Positions 17,038-19,043 of a stretch of DNA of 19,043 nucleotides are shown here, in pieces. Source of the stretch: an uncultured bacterium. GTDB taxonomy: Bacteria; SAR324; NAC60-12. Location: contig CBFIJD010000001.1 of the NCBI GenBank assembly GCA_965662845.1, positions 154,261 through 173,303 on the forward strand. The letters run 5' to 3'. Below the pieces are notes generated by a model, which did not search any database, had not been told where the DNA came from, and worked only from the letters and a program-made list of their open reading frames with translations. Position 1 is the first letter of the stretch. The number at the start of each line of letters is the position of its first letter. A program made the translations under genes and the position numbers.

Positions 17038-18680
17038 GGCTCCCAACCCTGCTGACGCATCTCCCCCCGTTGCTGCCGCGGATCGCGGAGGAGGGCCCAC
17101 ACTCCACCACCGTCGCGGTCGCAGAGATCCAGGCCCAGCTCGAAGACCGCACCGCGCTCGCGCCAGAGTTCATCGCTGGCAGCCTCGCCATGTTGCAGCA
17201 GCACTGGGACGCGCTGGGGCTGTTGGACCCTGACCACCTGCGGCAGGGCGCGTGGCGATTCAGCAGCTTCCCCGCGTCGCTGCTGGCGCGCTCCCTCTTG
17301 GAGACGCTCTCGCAACCGCGTCCACAGCTAGTGGAGACGGGTTGGTGGCAGAATGACAATTACCAAGAGCAACAACGCGAAGCGCTGACCAAGCTGGAAC
17401 GGAGCCGCTTGCACTTTGCAGGGACGCACTCTCCCGAGCCGATCCGTTGGGTGCAGGTCGCGTGGGCGCTCATCAAGCTAGACGGGCGCTTGCTGCTCAA
17501 CCATCGGGAAGACCAAAAGCGTCGAGACCACCCCAACTATGTGCTGATTGGAGGGCGCCTCAACCTGCACGACCTCAGCGCCGCTTTCCCCACCGCCACC
17601 ATGCCCGAGCGCTTGGAGTGGCAGCAGCGTCCAGCCGAACACCTCGACAAGCTGACGACAGCGCTCCCCCACACGCTCGCCCGCGAGATGTATGAAGAGC
17701 TGACGCTGGAGTCAACGCACTACACATGGGAGCCGCTTCGCCGTCTGCCGCCTTTCTGCAAGCTCGAAGGGGCGCGCGCCAATCACGCCGTCACCCGCTA
17801 CGACATCACCGCCTTCTCCATCCAACTCCACTCCGCAGGCTTCCAGCAGCTGTGTCGCACCTTAGCGCAACAACCCGAGGGTCAGCTGCTGTGGGCAACG
17901 CCAGCGGAGATCGCGCAGGGCTCCCAAGCCGACCGACGGTTGTTTGTGGACGCCTGGCGAGACGCCGCGCAGGATGATTTTCAGCGGCAGCTAGAAGAGA
18001 TCCCCGCATCGTTTACAGATGACTGCCGGTATGCAGAAAAAGTGGACTTGCCTCTGGACGCAGAGACGCCGCTGCGGCGCGGGAAAACGGGGCAGGAGCA
18101 AGACGTGGACGTGGAGCTGCAGGAGTGCGACGTCCAGCTGCTATTAGGGCTGGGATGGCACCGGCTGCACGGCGCTCGCTATCCACTACAGGCGCCGCCT
18201 GGCCTGAGATTGCACCCGCTGGGATGGGTCGAGCTGCTCGATGAAACCTCGCCGCTGCACCACGAGCTGTCCGCGCTCGCTGCTCAGCTGCAGGAGGCGC
18301 AGCTGCCGATTGTTGAAGGGGCCGACCTCGGGTGGTTTCGCCTCTCTGTTGACCTCGGCGCGCTCTATTTCTCTGAGCCGTTCTTCACGCTACAAGCGGT
18401 GCACGCAGACTCCGATCGCTACGAGCTGCACTTGCACGTGGCGCGGCAGGAGACCCCGCTAGGAGTCATCCCACAGACCACACTGAAGCTGCGCAAGCTC
18501 TCTGCTCAGGTGTTTCGTGACGCCCGTCGAGTGCTCAAGCATCAACCGCCAGAGGAGCTGAGCGACCCCAAGAAGTCCTTCCGCGAACAGCTCTCCCGAC
18601 AAGCTCGCCCGCTGGGCTTGCGGATCGTCTTTCGGGAAGGCAACGCTGATTTCTACACGAACTGCACAGTGAAGGACTAA
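17034..18680 (+). CDS. Uncharacterised multidomain protein with a central NUDIX-like domain, 548 aa
   Basis: Long ORF starting at a TTG that overlaps the hicB stop. VAWALIKLDGRLLLNHRE..YVLIGGR (G173-G174) and LAREMYEELTL (R217-E222) are the two halves of a Nudix box. The start is uncertain. Confidence 0.75.
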   Translation: MRLPTLLTHLPPLLPRIAEEGPHSTTVAVAEIQAQLEDRTALAPEFIAGSLAMLQQHWDALGLLDPDHLRQGAWRFSSFPASLLARSLLETLSQPRPQLVETGWWQNDNYQEQQREALTKLERSRLHFAGTHSPEPIRWVQVAWALIKLDGRLLLNHREDQKRRDHPNYVLIGGRLNLHDLSAAFPTATMPERLEWQQRPAEHLDKLTTALPHTLAREMYEELTLESTHYTWEPLRRLPPFCKLEGARANHAVTRYDITAFSIQLHSAGFQQLCRTLAQQPEGQLLWATPAEIAQGSQADRRLFVDAWRDAAQDDFQRQLEEIPASFTDDCRYAEKVDLPLDAETPLRRGKTGQEQDVDVELQECDVQLLLGLGWHRLHGARYPLQAPPGLRLHPLGWVELLDETSPLHHELSALAAQLQEAQLPIVEGADLGWFRLSVDLGALYFSEPFFTLQAVHADSDRYELHLHVARQETPLGVIPQTTLKLRKLSAQVFRDARRVLKHQPPEELSDPKKSFREQLSRQARPLGLRIVFREGNADFYTNCTVKD

Positions 18681-19043
18681 CCGACGCCCGCGCCCCCCTT
18701 GCTCATCCGAGCTGATCCGCCTCCCTCTACGCTCCGGGCTGCCTTGTCCGCCCGCGCTCTGCGCGCTCCCCCTCCCAACGCCTCCTCCCGCTGAGCGCGC
18801 TCGTCTAACGCGACGACCTCTCCATGAGACCACGCAGGAGCCGCGCTCCCCCCAGCGCCCTCCCGCTGAGCTGGTGCGTGGTAGTAGAGCTATCTCTGCG
18901 CGCAGCGAAGGTATCTTTACTGCGACCCAACGATGCGCACAAATTTCCACATCTCCCGAAAATGTTTGCATCCGCAACAAAAAAGACGATAAAACCGCCA
19001 CACTTTTCACTTCAGCACAAAGGTTTTCATGACGAACTCCACA

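Noticed and set aside
18966..19043. Possible promoter (TTGCAT..TAAAAC) and gene start (ATG 19029, MTNST)
   Set aside because: Weak match and only five codons are visible, so it cannot be supported. ORF 18459..19010 (-) also looks non-coding.

Overview
Bacterial, roughly 60% GC DNA. The leftward block is read from a sigma70-type promoter at about 10570-10598: rplY-pth-ychF-[S6:S18 leader RNA]-rpsF-rpsR-rplI-dnaB. It continues with little gap into a divergent stand-alone EAL-like gene, a 7-repeat FG-GAP lipoprotein, and a secreted FG-GAP repeat protein of more than 1030 aa that runs off the left edge and is missing from the ORF track. rplI carries a 1-nt frameshift. The rightward block is a MipA/OmpV-like outer-membrane gene, purE-purK, an ACT-fused malic enzyme and pyrD. 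After pyrD comes an accessory patch: a GTAG-type REP cluster, a dead ISAs1 transposase fragment, an AT-rich orphan hicB, and a 548-aa protein with a split NUDIX box flanked by possible winged-helix domains. The best candidates for unexplored biology are the NUDIX protein and the EAL/FG-GAP module behind dnaB. All protein assignments come from motifs recognised by eye; no database searches were run.
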